64,000 bases of DNA from the human T2T-CHM13v2.0 reference genome, Homo sapiens. A program made the position numbers and the translations under genes. The first letter of the stretch is position 1; each line of letters starts with the position of its first letter. The notes below the pieces were generated by a model that worked only from the letters and a program-made list of their open reading frames with translations, was not told where the DNA came from and did no database searches. Location of the stretch: NCBI RefSeq assembly GCF_009914755.1, contig NC_060945.1; one strand, written 5' to 3'. Shown piece by piece: positions 14,135-27,450 of this stretch.

Positions 14135-14632
14135 CTCTTTTCTTCTTTAGTAGTCTGGCTAGTGGTCTATCTAGTTGGTTAATCTTTTCAAAAAACCAGC
14201 TCCTGGAATCATTGATTTTTTTGAAGCATTTTTTGTGTGTCTATCTTAGTTATTTCTTGTCTTCTGCTAGCTTTTGAATTTGTTTTCTCTTGCTTCTCTA
14301 GTTCTTTTCATTGTGATGTTAGGGTGTCGATTTTAGATCTTTCCCTCTTTCTCCTGTGGGCATTTAGTGCTATAAATTTCCCTCTAAACACTGTGTTAGC
14401 TGTGTCCCAGAGATTCTGGTACATTATGTCTTTGTTCTCATTGGTTTCAAAAAACTTATTTATTTCTGCCTTAATTTCATTATTTACCCAGTAGTCATCC
14501 AGGAGCAGGTTGTTCAGTTTCCGTGTAGTTGTGTGGTTTTCAGTGAGTTTCTTAATCCTGAGTTCTAATTTAAATCTGGGTGTTCCTATATTGGGTGTAT
14601 ATATATTTAGGACAGTTATCTCGTCTTGTTGC

Positions 14633-15065
14633 TGTTTCACGCGTCCGTGTGAAGAGACCACCAAACAGGCTTTGTGTGAGCAACATGGCTGTTTATTTCA
14701 CCTGGGTGCAGGCGGGCTGAGTCCAAAAAAGGAGTCAGCAAAGGGTGGTGGGATTATCATTGGTTCTTATAGGTGTTGGGATAGGCGGTGGAATTAAGAG
14801 CAATGTTTTGGGGGCAGGGGGTGGATCTCACAAAGTACATTCTCAAGGGTGGGGAGAATTACAAAGAACCTTCTTAAGGGTGGGAGAGATTACAAAGTAT
14901 ATTGATCAGTTAGGTTGGGGCAGAAATAAATCACAATGGTGGAATGTCATCAGTTAAGGCTGTTTTCACTTTTTTTGTGGATCTTCAGTTGCTTCAGGCC
15001 ATCTGGATGTATATGTGCAGGTCACTGGGGATATGATGGCTTAGCTTGGGCTCAGGGGCCTGACA
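14633..15065 (-). mobile_element. Solo HERV-H LTR (LTR7 family, LTR7B/LTR7Y-like)
   Basis: On the minus strand reads tgtcaggccc...tgagcccaagctaagccatc ... ggtctcttcacacggacgcgtgaaaca; 5-bp TSD gttgc/gctgc; TATA-like ctataaga near 14765-14772; AATAAA at 14692-14697. Confidence 0.95.
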
Positions 15066-18000
15066 GCTGCATTGATCCCTTTACCATTATGTAACGCCCT
15101 TCTTCGTCTTTTTTTATCTTTGTTGGTTTAAAGTCTGTTTTATCAGAAACTAGGATTGCAAGCCCTGCTTTTTTTTGCTTTCCATTTGCTTGGTAAATAT
15201 TCCTCCATCCCTTCATTTTGAGCCTATGTATGTCTTTGCACGTGAGATGGGTCAGCCCAAAATCTCCTTAAACTAATAAGCAGCTTCAGCAAAGTCTCAG
15301 GATACAAAATCAATGTGCAAAAATTACAAGCATTCCTATACACCAATTACAGACAAACAGAGAACCAAATCATAAATGAACTTCCATTCACAATTGCTAC
15401 AAAAAGAATAAAATACCTAGGAATACAACTTACAACAGATGTGAAGAAACTCTTCAAGGAGAACTACAAACCACTGCTCAACGAAATAAGAGAGAACACA
15501 AACAAATGGAAAAACATTCCATGCTCATGGATAGGAAGAATCAATATCATGAAAATGGCCATACTACCCAAAGTAATTTATACATTCAATGCTATCCCCA
15601 TCAAGTTACCATTGACTTTCTTCACAGAATTAGAAGAAACTACTTTATATTTCATATGGAACCAAAAAAGAGCCCATATAGCCAAGACAATCCTAAGCAA
15701 AAAGAACGAAGCTGGAGGCATCACACTACCTGACTTCAAACTATACTACAAGTCTACAGTAACCAAAACAGCATGGTACTAGTACCAAAACAGATATATA
15801 TAGAAAATGGAACAGAACAGAGGCCTCAGAAATAATACCACACATCAACAACCATCTGATCTTTGACAAACCTGACAAAAACAAGCAATGGGAAAAGGAT
15901 TCCCTATTTAATAAATGGTGCTGGGAAAACTGGCTAGCCATATGATGCAGAATACTGAAACTGGGCCCCTTCTTTACACCTTATACAAAAATTAACTCAA
16001 GATGGATTAAAGACTTAAACGTAAGACCTAAAACCCTAAAAACTCTAGAAGAAAACCTAGGCAATACCATTCAGGACATAGGCATGGGCAAAGACTTCAA
16101 GACTAAAACATAAAAAGCAACGGCAACAAAAGTCAAAATTGACAAATGGGATCGAATGAAACTAAAGAGCTTCTACACAGCAAAAGAAACTATCATCAGA
16201 GTGAAGAGGCAACCTACAGGATGAGAGAACATTTGTGCAATCTATCCATCTGACAAAAGGCCTTGTAGATCCTTCAGAATCTACAAGGAACTTAAACAAA
16301 TTTACAAGAAAAAAACAACCCCATCAAAAGTGGGCGAGGACATGAACAGACACTTCTCAAAAGAAGAAATTTATGTTGCCAAAAAACATATGAAAAAAAC
16401 TCATCATCACTGGTCATTAGGGAAATGCAAATCAAAACCACAATGAGATGTCATCTCATGACAGTTAGAATAGCGATCATTAAAAAGTGAGGAAACAACA
16501 GATGCTGGAGAGGATGTGGAGAAATGGGAATGCTTTTACACTGTTGGTGGGAGTACAAATTAGTTCAACCATTGTGGAAGACAGTGTGACAATTCCTCAA
16601 GGATCTAAAACCAGAAATATCATTTCACCCAGCAATCCCATTACTGGGTGTATACCCAAAGGATTGCAAACCATTCTACTACAAAGACACATGCACACAT
16701 ATGTTTATTACAGCACTGTTCACAATAGCAAAGACTTGGAACCAACCCAAATGCCCATCAGTGATGGACTGGATAAAGAAAATATAGCACATATACACCA
16801 TGGAATATTATGTAGCCATAAAAAAGGATGAGTTCATGTCCTTTGAGGGACATGGATGAAGCTGGAAACCATCATTCTCAGCAAACTCACACAGGAACAG
16901 AAAACCAAACACCGCATGTTCTCACTCATGAGTGGGAGTTGAACAGTGAGAACACATGGACACAGGGAGGGGAACATCACACACTGGGGCCTGTAGGAGG
17001 GCTAAGGGGCTAGGAGAGGGATAGCATTATGAGAAATACCTAATGTATATGACGGGTTGATGGTGCAGCAAACCACCATGGCACGTGTATACCTATGTAA
17101 CAAACCTGCACGTTCTGCACATGTATCCCAGAACTTAAAGTATTAAAAAAAAACTCAAATGCCAATTTGCGGTGTCAAGCAAATGCCAGCAGTTTCAGAC
17201 TCATGAGTAAGGAAAAACTAGAAGGCTGTAAAACTGAGAAAGAAGTTATTGTCTTATCAGCAAAACAATTTTAATGTGTGTTCTGTTAGCTGTATAAACT
17301 GGAATGTATGAGCCATTTTTCAAAAAGAAAGAAACAACAACAAAGTTCATTTCTAGTCTTTGTAATACCAGAAGCACAGAGAAAAAATTACATTCAGATT
17401 TTGTCCAGAATTTTAGAGAAAGTTTATGCTCACATCCACTATGGGAATTTTGAACGCTAAAGCAAAGTAGCCTCTCCTCTCCATTGAGAAGTCCCATCAT
17501 CCTATCCATAAAATTGGTAATTAGACACAGTTCTAAGTCAATCACTTCTCTCCGTAATACATACGAAGTGACATTCTTCTATTCCTATCTAAAACAAAGG
17601 TTAAGAGAATGAGGATAAAAACAGAGTTGTGGGTTCTGTTTGCTGCTGTCATCGAAGGGGAATATTCACCTAGTCAGAAGAGGGTGGCAGCAGTGGAATT
17701 TAGGGCATGATGACACCCACAGTCATGTGTCTGGTCCCATCACTGTCCTAAGACAATAGTCTGTTTTGTATCAGGCTCAAGTCAAGTGACTATGATTATT
17801 TGGGATCTAGAGACTCTAGAGAAGGACCCTGGAAAGATCTGAGAAGAATATCAAGTTCCTGGCTTAATGGGCTGGAATATGGAACCAGGCACAGAGAGGA
17901 CTAGGAACACTAATCAGGAACCCAAGGCAGAAAGCCAGATCACCAGCTGAACAAACAAGGTAGCCTGTCTACACCTGAGGCACTCACACTTACTCATGAT

Positions 18001-18612
18001 TCTGAGCAACTACACCAAGCACCAAAGAGGTCAGCTGCAGACCTAGGCCTAGGCGAGGCTTCTCCTGTATTAAGCAGAATGAGCTAATAGATGTCAAGGC
18101 TCAGCCAAACTAGGGATGAAAGGCAGAGTGTAAGACTTTTGTCTGGTAGGTGAATAGCTATATTTGCATTTATGCTACTTTGGTTTACTATTAGAACAGG
18201 CCTCGGCCTTTTTACAAATCCTCAGCCTTTTACAAATTGCTAAGTCATGCACCCAACTTACTGAAATCAACTGAGGAAAAGTCACATTATCACTGAGCTC
18301 TGCCCATAGGTCAGTAGAAAATGATAAAAGGAGAGATTAGATGCAAAAACAAACAGGTACATTTTTGCAGAGCTGTCTTGTTTCAAGAATAAAGTTATTT
18401 TAGGAGAAGGATTATTCAAAAATTTTCTATAAAGAAAAAAGCTAGCTATTGCAAAAGATACTTATGGAACTTATATTAAAATAAGCCCAGTAATCAAAAC
18501 ATACTTTTAGAAGATTCTTGAAAATATTACAACAGGTAGGAAGCCTAACACAATCCAGTCTAATCCTTTCATTTTGCTTATGAGAAAACTAAAGTTCAAA
18601 GAGATTATTTTT

Positions 18613-18912
18613 GGTGGCTCATGCCTGGAATCCCAGCACTTCGGGAGGCCAAGGGGGTGGATCACTTGACATCAGGAGTTCGAGACCAGCCTGACCAACA
18701 TGGTGAAACCCCGTCTGTACTAAAAGTACAAAAACATGGTGGTGCATGCCTGTAATCTCAGCTACTCCAGAGGCTGAGGCACAAGAATCACTTGAATCCA
18801 GGAGGTGGAGGTTGCAGTAAGCTGGGACCCGGGGCCATGCCACTGCACTCCAGCCTAGGCCACAGAGCAAGACTCCCTCTAAAAAAACATAAAAATTAAA
18901 AAATTAAAAAAA
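18613..18912 (+). mobile_element. Alu (AluS-type), slightly 5'-truncated, small deletion after the linker
   Basis: ggtggctcatgcc...ggagttcgagaccagcc...A-rich tail. Confidence 0.94.
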
Positions 18913-18954
18913 CAGAGACTATTTCTATTACCTTATTTGGCAAGGTAGGTAGAT

Positions 18955-20562
18955 TAAGGTAGATAGGGAATGATACCAGATGGAAATATGGATCTACACG
19001 AGAAAATGAAGATCACCAGAAATGTAACAACAAGGATGAATATATTTATTGAAAATATCCTGTAAAAGAAAGGATTTAAAAAATCATTCTAAGATAAACA
19101 AAAGCTGAAAGAATTTGTCAGCATCAATCTGCACTAGAAGAAATGCTAAAGGCTATTCTCCAAGCTGTAGGAAAAAAATGATATCAAATAGAAACTGAAA
19201 TATACCAGGATTGAAACCCACAGGAAACAGTAAATAACAAATACATTTTTATTGTTGTTCTTATAATTTCCTTAAAAGACAACTGACTATTTAAAGAAAA
19301 AAAAAAGCATTAAATGGTGGACTTTTTATGTTATATGTAAAAGATGGCACAAAGGATGGGTGGAGTAGAAAATAGAATTAAACTATTATGCGGTTATTGC
19401 AATGAGAAGTGTATTAAGTGTAGTTATAGTAAGTGTAAGTGTTAACTAGGAACTATGAAGTGTGAAGTAGTAAACTTTGATAAGTTTTAGGGCTAGAACA
19501 ACTACTAAATATTAATAAAAAGAAGTTTAACTAAGAAGTCAATAGAGCAAATAAAATAAATCCTAAAACAAATTAGTTAATTCATTGTTAAGAAAATGAT
19601 ATGGCAAGCACAGATTGGGAGCAAATATTTGAAATACATATATTCAAAAAGAGCCTATATTACAATACATAAAGAACTCTTACAAGTCAATAATAATAAG
19701 ACAAACAATGCAATAAAGAAAAGACACGCCAGACACAGTGGCTCATACCTGTAATCCCAATGCTTTGGGAGGCCAGGGTGAGAGGATCGCTTAAGACCAG
19801 GTGTTTCACACAGCCTAAGCAACACATCCAGGCCCCATCTCTACATAAACAATAAAATGAAATAAGTTAAAAATTTTTTTAAAAGGGCAAAAAGCTTGAA
19901 CAAGCGAAAAAAGAAATACAAGTAGCCAACAAGTACATGAAAAGATGCTCAAGGTCACTAATAATCAGAGAAATGCAAATTAAAATTGTAATGAGACACT
20001 ACTTCAAACCCACTCATATACTTATATGACCCAACAATTCTGCTCCTAAGTATTTAATTAAAAAAATAAAAATTTGTATTCACAGAAACATTTTTACATG
20101 AATGTCTACAGCAGTTTTATTCATAAGAGCTAAAAACTACAAGCAATCCAAATGTACATTAACAGCTGAATGAATATGCCAATTGTGGCATATTCACTCA
20201 ATAAAATACTGGTCAGCAATAAAAAGGAACAAATACTGAAATGTGCAACAACATGAATCAATTTCAGTGACATTACATTGAACAAAAGAAGCCAACCACA
20301 AAAGAACATACGTAGTATGATTCCGTATATATGAGATTCTAGAACAGGTAACATTAATCTATAAGGATAGAGATCAGAGCAGTGCACTGCAAAGAGGCAT
20401 GAGAGAAATTTCTGGGGTTATGGAAATGTTACCTGTTTTGATCAGGACGGTGGTTACACAAGGGCATACATTTGTCAAAACTTACTGAACACTGAAAATG
20501 GGTGCATTTTCTATCACATAAATTATGCTTTGATGAATCTGATTTAAAATAAAATTAAAATG
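18955..20562 (+). mobile_element. Old mammalian L1 (L1M-type) fragments
   Basis: aaacaaaagctgaaagaatttg, agagaaatgcaaattaaaa, tatgacccaacaattc, L1M 3'UTR, A-rich end. Confidence 0.8.
19728..19865 (+). mobile_element. Alu left monomer (FLAM / half AluJ)
   Basis: gccagacacagtggctcatacctgtaatccc ... catctctac, then A-rich sequence. Confidence 0.85.
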
Positions 20563-20814
20563 TGCTCTGAGCAAAATATTGACAGTAACAGTTCTTGTCC
20601 ATGCTCCAACAATAACCATCTGTTTCATTTTAGCCTCCCCACGTTTCAATATCCTGATGAGTAAGATGAAGTAGTTGAAATGAATTATTTGTAAGCGCTC
20701 TTCCATTTGAACTGCTTCCAATGCTAAAATTAACATAAGTCAGGTACCATCCATAAACTTTCTATACCTAGTGTTATTCATGTACCTTATATGTATAAAG
20801 ATTTGTGTATACAG

Positions 20815-21329
20815 TGAGGCAGGAGAATAGGATCTGGAGGCAGGGAACCTAAGGCCAATTCACACTGACTTCCTAGAACTAAATCAAAAGGAAAACCCCA
20901 AGTTACCACACCTAAGTAACAAAAGGACCAGAGGCTACTTTCTTTGCAACCTCCCTGCTCTTTTTCTGCCTGGCAGATGGAAAATTGAAAGTACCACTGA
21001 TTGGTTGCTTTCCACAACCAATCAGACATTTGCATAGGGTGTAGCCTTTGTAACATCACTTAAGTCTCTGACTGGTTGCTGGCCACTACTTCATTTGCAT
21101 GGGGACTACACCAAGTGTCCAATGGGAAACCTCTAGAGGGTATTTAAACCCCAGAAAATTCTGTAACAGGGCTCTTGAGCCCCTATGCTCTGCCCACTCC
21201 AACCCTCAGGAGTGTACTTTCATTTTCAATAAATCTCTGCTTTTGTTGCTTCATTCTTTCCTTGCTTTGTGCATTTTGTCTAGTTCCTTACTCAAAAGCC
21301 AAGAACCTGGGTACCCTCCACTAGTAACA
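20815..21329 (+). mobile_element. ERV1 solo LTR, MER51-like
   Basis: tgaggcaggagaatagg.tctggaggcagggaacctaagg start, ...gtaaca end; TSD acag/atag; CCAAT boxes and AATAAA. Confidence 0.85.
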
Positions 21330-21626
21330 ATAGCATATGTATCTACACAGATATACACATATGTATGTATACAATACATACATTTATATATAGTATAAGC
21401 TTCCTTTTTATTTGACATGCTAACTTAATAGTATTGATATTTTAAAATATCAAAAATATGGTGTTTTTATTTTATAAAGACTGGATATGGTTTTAATTGA
21501 TCTTTGCAACCACTATGAGTTAAGAATTGCTTGTTTTGACTGCATTATTATAAATAAGGCCAACTTTAGTTTCTGTGATATTCTTTGGAGTTCAGATTAG
21601 ATCACAGGTTCTGCAAAGGTTTTCTT

Positions 21627-21917
<291 letters not shown>

Positions 21918-22114
21918 TGCAAAAGTTTTCTTGAACAGTCCTACTGTTTAGAACAAGTGAGCGTCACGTGCTGCCATTGGCTTTTTCAGAATCACAAGAA
22001 GCTTTTAGCACCCTGCATCCATGTGCTCTGGCATTAACTGTGTTCACACACATCCCTGGTCATAATTTATTGAGCTTGCAGTATTAAAGCATCAGAATGA
22101 AATAAATCCCAAAA

Positions 22115-22297
22115 TATTAGTTAAAGTGGGGATTCTTGAACTTACCTGTTCATAAGAATCACCTGCTCGCACCCCCAACAGACCAAGTGAGTGAAAATTC
22201 CTGGGAAGGCTTGGGATCTACATTTTTTAAGTACAGCCCTTCCTCATCCCTCCCCATACACAAGGACTTTTAAGATCACGCAAGTCTGGGAAACACA
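22115..22297. mobile_element. MER5-like hAT MITE
   Basis: gtggggattcttgaactt...agaatcacctg...aagtctgggaaacac. Confidence 0.55.
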
Positions 22298-23352
22298 GGC
22301 ATAATGTGAGAAACCATAGAATTTACCCCAGAGTCTTGGCAGGTCTCTTCTCAAAGACATTTGATGCATTTAGTGTGCTTGGATTTGGATTACCTCTTTC
22401 TCTAAAGTCTCACTGGTAATTAGAAAGGAGGAGGTGGGTGGCAAATTATAACCAGACAGCCAGATTCTGAAGCCAAGGGAGACAGTGCTGTGGTGTTGTC
22501 TCCAGTTATAAATAAGTGGGCCTAGGTTTAGCGTGGTCACGCAATCACCTCGACATCGAGCAGATATTCCAACCCAGATCCTACACATCAAAATACATCA
22601 TGGCATTTTTCATCCAAAATAGCCAGAATGTGCACTTCCAAAGCAAAGGCCCTAATATAAACAAATGCTCATGTAGACATTGGGTATGTATCTGACAGCC
22701 AAATATTGGAGCTATGCAGAGCAGCTAGAAGAGTGGACCGCAGGCAGCATGGCAAGTCCAGAAGACAGCTCACTTAAAACATCATTTTTAAAATGTACAT
22801 TCTTAAAGCCTTAAAGACAAGACTCAAATCTGATCCAGGAATAACTGTAGCTGCCATCTCTAATTTAAAAAGCAGGTGATAATCTCATTTTCCAGCCCTC
22901 CTGTCATGTGAAGGTTGTTTATCTTTCCATAGAGACATAACCTACCAGTATCCAGGTTTCCGCAGGGGCCTGGAAGGCATATACAGTGGCTGCATAAACC
23001 AGATCAGGGGATCGAAGGACAAGCTTAGTCCACTGGTCCAGAGGGAATCAGTACAGCTTAGTCTTCTCAAAACCCCCTTTGCTCAGTTTCTTTTTTTTTT
23101 TTTGATATATTATTTTATTTAACTTTCAAAAAGATTTTATTAAAGTAACAGGATTTGAGAGTCATAACTTCACACAATTTGTGAGTATGAGTATTACAAT
23201 TTGTAATCAAGTATATCTGACTCCAAATCCTATGTATTTTCCACTACATCTTAATGCCACAATGTTAATAAAAGGATAAAGCTTTAACATATCTTAAGGC
23301 CGATTTGCTGTAAAGTTATAAAGCTTAATTAATCATTAACTTTCTTTTTTTT

Positions 23353-24114
23353 CACTGGCCATCAGAGAAACACAAATCAAAACCACAATGCGATACCATC
23401 TCACACCAGTTAGAATGGCGATCATTAAAAAATCAGGAAACAACAGGTGCTGGAGAGGATGTGGAGAAATAGGAACACTTTTACACTGTTGGTGGGACTG
23501 TAAACTAGTTCAACCATTGCGGAAGTCAGTGTGGCATTTCCTCAGGGATCTAGAACTAGAAATACCATTTGACCCAGCCATCCCGTTACTGGGTATATAC
23601 CCAAAGGATTATAAATCATGCTGCTATAAAGACACATGCACACATATGTTTATAGCAGCACTATTCACAATAGCAAAGACTTGGAACCAACCCAAATGTC
23701 CAACAACGATAGACTGGATTAAGAAAATGTGGCACATATACACCATGGAATACTATGCAGCCATAAAAAATGATGAGTTCATGTCCTTTGTAGGGACATG
23801 GATGAAACTGGAAACCATCATTCTCAGCAAACTATCGCAAGGACAAAAAACCAAACACCACATGTTCTCACTCATAGGTGGGAATTGAACAATGAGAACA
23901 CATGGACACAGGAAGGGGAACATCACATTCTGGGGACTGTCGTGGGGTGGGGGGAGGGGGGAGGGATAGCATTAGGGGATACACCTAATGCTAAATGACG
24001 AGTTAATGGGTGCAGCACACCAACACGGCACATGTATACATATGTAACAAACCTGCACGTTGTGCACATGTACCCTAAAACTTAAAGTATAATAATAATA
24101 AAATTTTAAAAAAA
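23353..24114 (+). mobile_element. L1PA3/4-like 3' fragment (end of ORF2, 3'UTR, poly(A))
   Basis: ORF2 C-terminus [13 protein letters not shown]...HMFSLIGGN (23388-23888); G-rich 3'UTR; flanked by a 30-bp inverted repeat. Confidence 0.97.
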
Positions 24115-25389
24115 GAAAGTTAATGATTAATTAAGCTCAGTTTTTTATGTAGGTTTAACAGTGACTAAGGAAACAGGAAGTCACTAGAGAGTAATGAATC
24201 TCCCCAAACAAAGTATGTGTGCCTCTCTCACCAACTTCAATGGGGTTGGGGTGCAGAGGAAAATTTAGATATTCCAAAACTGACATAGGGAAATTTTGAT
24301 CCAAAGCTCTCCCTCTTCCTGGTTTATAAATGGACAGTTTCAGAGGGACCAGCTGGTCCAGTCCCAGGAAAACTTCAAAAACATCATACTAGGAAAGGAG
24401 ACAATATCCAAAAGATTATCTGTGGAATCAGGTGAGATTGCTTTTTATTGTAAAAATTCTGGAAATTCTTTAGCAAATGTGCTAGTAACATTCTTAAAAT
24501 ATCTAAACCTGTAAAAGTTTTTCTACTTCCGTAATGTTGCTTGGTCAACCAGGATTCTCTACTTCAATAATTTCCAATCCTAGCTGAATGGCAGGTCTTT
24601 TTAAAAATACATATTCTAAACCCCACCCTAATTCAGTGGTCTTGGATGAGATCTGGAAATATGTGTAGTAGAAACCCTGACAAAATTATAACTAGCATAC
24701 AATTTGCCCAACCCAAAAGTTTCATAAAGCAAGAAATCAGAAAAAAAATGGCATATGTACATCTTTAAGGTTAATCCTTTATATGAAACTAAAACATAAA
24801 CATATGCATTTGACAGACTTTTTATGTCAAGTACAGGCTTTTTCTCATATAAGTCTACTGATTAAACAGTAAAGCCATTTTCTTGTGTATTTCACACACA
24901 AAGACAAGATATATAATCTCCAGTTTTAGTTTCTTTGGAGTGAAGACTTCAAGACTTTGTTAAAAAAAAAAAAACAGGAGCCTAACCTCTTAGATTTAAA
25001 AAAATTTTTTTTATCACTTACAGTTGCCCTGTCCACATACAACAACAAATAAATGGTATCACTCTCTTCACACTCAGATTTTATCAATTTATATTATTTA
25101 CATTGCACCATCAGCAGGCTTATGAACAAACACAACAGTATCCAGTAAACACAATCAAGTGGAGTGTGCAGAAATGCTTTGGAATACTAGAGAATTAGCT
25201 ACAAACCAGGACTAGTCAGCTTGCTGTGGTAACTAGTCAATATCTTACTGAAGTAAAGGCGAAAGTTTGTTAAAACAATGAGTGAGTTGAATAAGACTCA
25301 TGAATTATCTCTGTACAATATATTTCTGAAGAGCTCTACACATAAGCAATTATGATGGTTATCTAAGTTTGTGAAATATTACCCTATAT

Positions 25390-25525
25390 CAGAGTTTCTC
25401 AAACTTAAATGTGCATACAAATTCCCTGAGAGTCTTATTAAAATGCAGATTGTAGAAATCAGTGTGTCTTGGGTGGAACCCCAAAATCTAACAGTCTCCT
25501 AGCTTTTATCAGAGTAAGAACTCTA
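25390..25525. mobile_element. MER5-like hAT MITE
   Basis: cagagtttctcaaactt...ttattaaaatgcagatt. Confidence 0.55.
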
Positions 25526-27099
25526 AATGAGATCTCTACTATGTCACATGTTTTTATCAGTTGTGGCAGCAAAATTGTAGTTGAAAGTGAATTTTCTTGC
25601 ATTTTAACCTTTTATAATTAAATAACTTCAATTTTTTTAAACAGAAGAGTTTCTTGACCAATTATTCTCAGTAACAGCATAAGATGTTTTCATTTTTTCC
25701 AACCATTCTTCGGTTTAGTAGAAAGAAGTGTTAGAGAGCAGTCACAAAATGTGTTTTCATTTTCTATCGATGTCAACATTACCAAGTCTGTTTCTCTGTC
25801 CACACGGTAAAATAGAAATCAAACTATTTGTTCTTATAACTTTTGGCTTACAGGGGAAAAAGTTATATTTATAGAAAACTTTATCAGGATGGCTGCTTCT
25901 AACTCTCTCTTCCAATTCTTGCTGTACAGTTTGGATTTAGCTAATGACAGTAGCTAAAAGAAAACCAAAATAAGTGATTTCTTGGCAGCAAATGCCTCCC
26001 TGATGAATCACCATAGAAAAGATAGCACTGGAGTTTGACGGTGGGATGAGCAAAAAGCAGACGCAGTGTAGACAGGTTTTCTCCTGCTGCAAGTGGCTTA
26101 TTTCAACTGTCAACACATCACATAAGAAATTTATAGTCAGAGTCCTATTTCCTCCCATTCCTATGGCTCCTAGCATTACTGCCACTTGATCGGACCCCAT
26201 TTTCACAATCCACAGCTTTTCTCTAAAACCAGCCACCAAACTCTGATTGTGATACACTCACCCACTGGATGAGATTATGGGGACTGACATCACTATAGAA
26301 GGAGTACTTGCTCCAGGTGGCCTGAGAGGAAGCAAGTCTGAACCTGTGTACTGAAAGGGCAAGGCTGGGTCTCTACAGAGGTTAGGAATGCAGTCCTCAG
26401 TTGTCAAAAGGCCTGCCAGCACTAGTGTGCATAGTCACAAAGAGAAAATGAACAAAGCTGTCTCTCCCCATGAGCCAGGATGATCCACAAATACCTCACC
26501 TTTACTACTGACATCATTTACTATTGAAAATCCACAGGTGAGATCTTAAACTCCTACTTAGGTGGAAACTGTGATTCTAAAAGCACACAGGGCAATTCTC
26601 TGGGTCTATTTGTTTTCAAAATTATGGCAACTTTTTTAGGGAATAGAAGAGACTGAACAGGAAGCCTACCAAATAAATGGGCTGTTAGTAGCTAAGTCTG
26701 GCAGTCATACCCACATTCCCAAGTATTTTTTTAAATGCCAAGTATTTTTTAAAGTTCTGTTCTTTTAGAAACCAGAGGCCCATTTCAGAATATAACAGGA
26801 ACTGTGAACCCTTTTCTCAAGACACAAAATCAACCTTCTGTATATGACTTCGAGATGACTTAAAGAGCTTTTTCCTCTGCGTGGCTACCAGGTTACAAAT
26901 TCCCATTGTAATACAATACGAATAGTTCTCTGAGCCATTGCAAAGACAAAGGTGTAAGTAAATAAGCACTGTACACTATGCTCAGGGTAAGAAGTTCAGC
27001 AACTTCTCCTTCTGAAACCTATCTGCCATCCGTCTCCACACCAGGAAAACGTTAGGGCGGTAACAGGAATAACCTACTGTGAAGTTCTGATAGTCACCA

Positions 27100-27450
27100 G
27101 CTTCCTGTGCTGGGCCCAATGGAACAGGCTTCGGTTATCTAAGATAATTCATTCTGTGCCAGCTACAGTGCCTGTTTAATTGTTCAGCGTTTCATGTTCG
27201 GGAACTCCTTTCCAATGACTGACTGCCCGTGGCGTCACTGCCATTCTGAATCATGCAAATGAGAATGTCATATCCTCTGACTCAAGAAGCTTTATCTCAT
27301 TAAAAATTATTTTGAGAACTCCAAGCAGAGAGTTGGTCTTTGCTTAGATCTGACTTCCCAAATACATCACTTTTCCTTTTCTCACGGGGATCCAGCTGAT
27401 TTGGAAGGAGACTGGGAAGTGTGCAAGGGGGGAATCCTATGGAACTGAGC
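27100..27450. promoter_or_regulatory. Candidate enhancer (GATA palindrome, CRE-like, octamer, AP-1)
   Basis: Motif cluster in non-repetitive DNA with several retained CpGs; motif evidence only. Confidence 0.35.

Noticed and set aside
14308-14664. 118-aa chimeric LTR7/L1 ORF2 ORF on the minus strand
   Set aside because: It has a TTG start and spans the LTR-L1 junction and an L1 deletion. It is a by-product of nesting, with no evidence of translation.
23388-23888. 166-aa ORF with a Cys/His-rich C-terminus
   Set aside because: It is the C-terminus of L1 ORF2p in a promoterless 5'-truncated copy.
23322-24137. DNA transposon interpretation of the 30-bp inverted repeats
   Set aside because: The interior is pure L1, the repeat includes the L1 poly(A), and there is no transposase or matching TSD outside the repeats.
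26719-26753. Short tandem duplications (also about 18201-18237, 54520-54548, 60972-60991)
   Set aside because: Ordinary slippage duplications of 10-20 bp; no spacer-repeat array, so not CRISPR-like.
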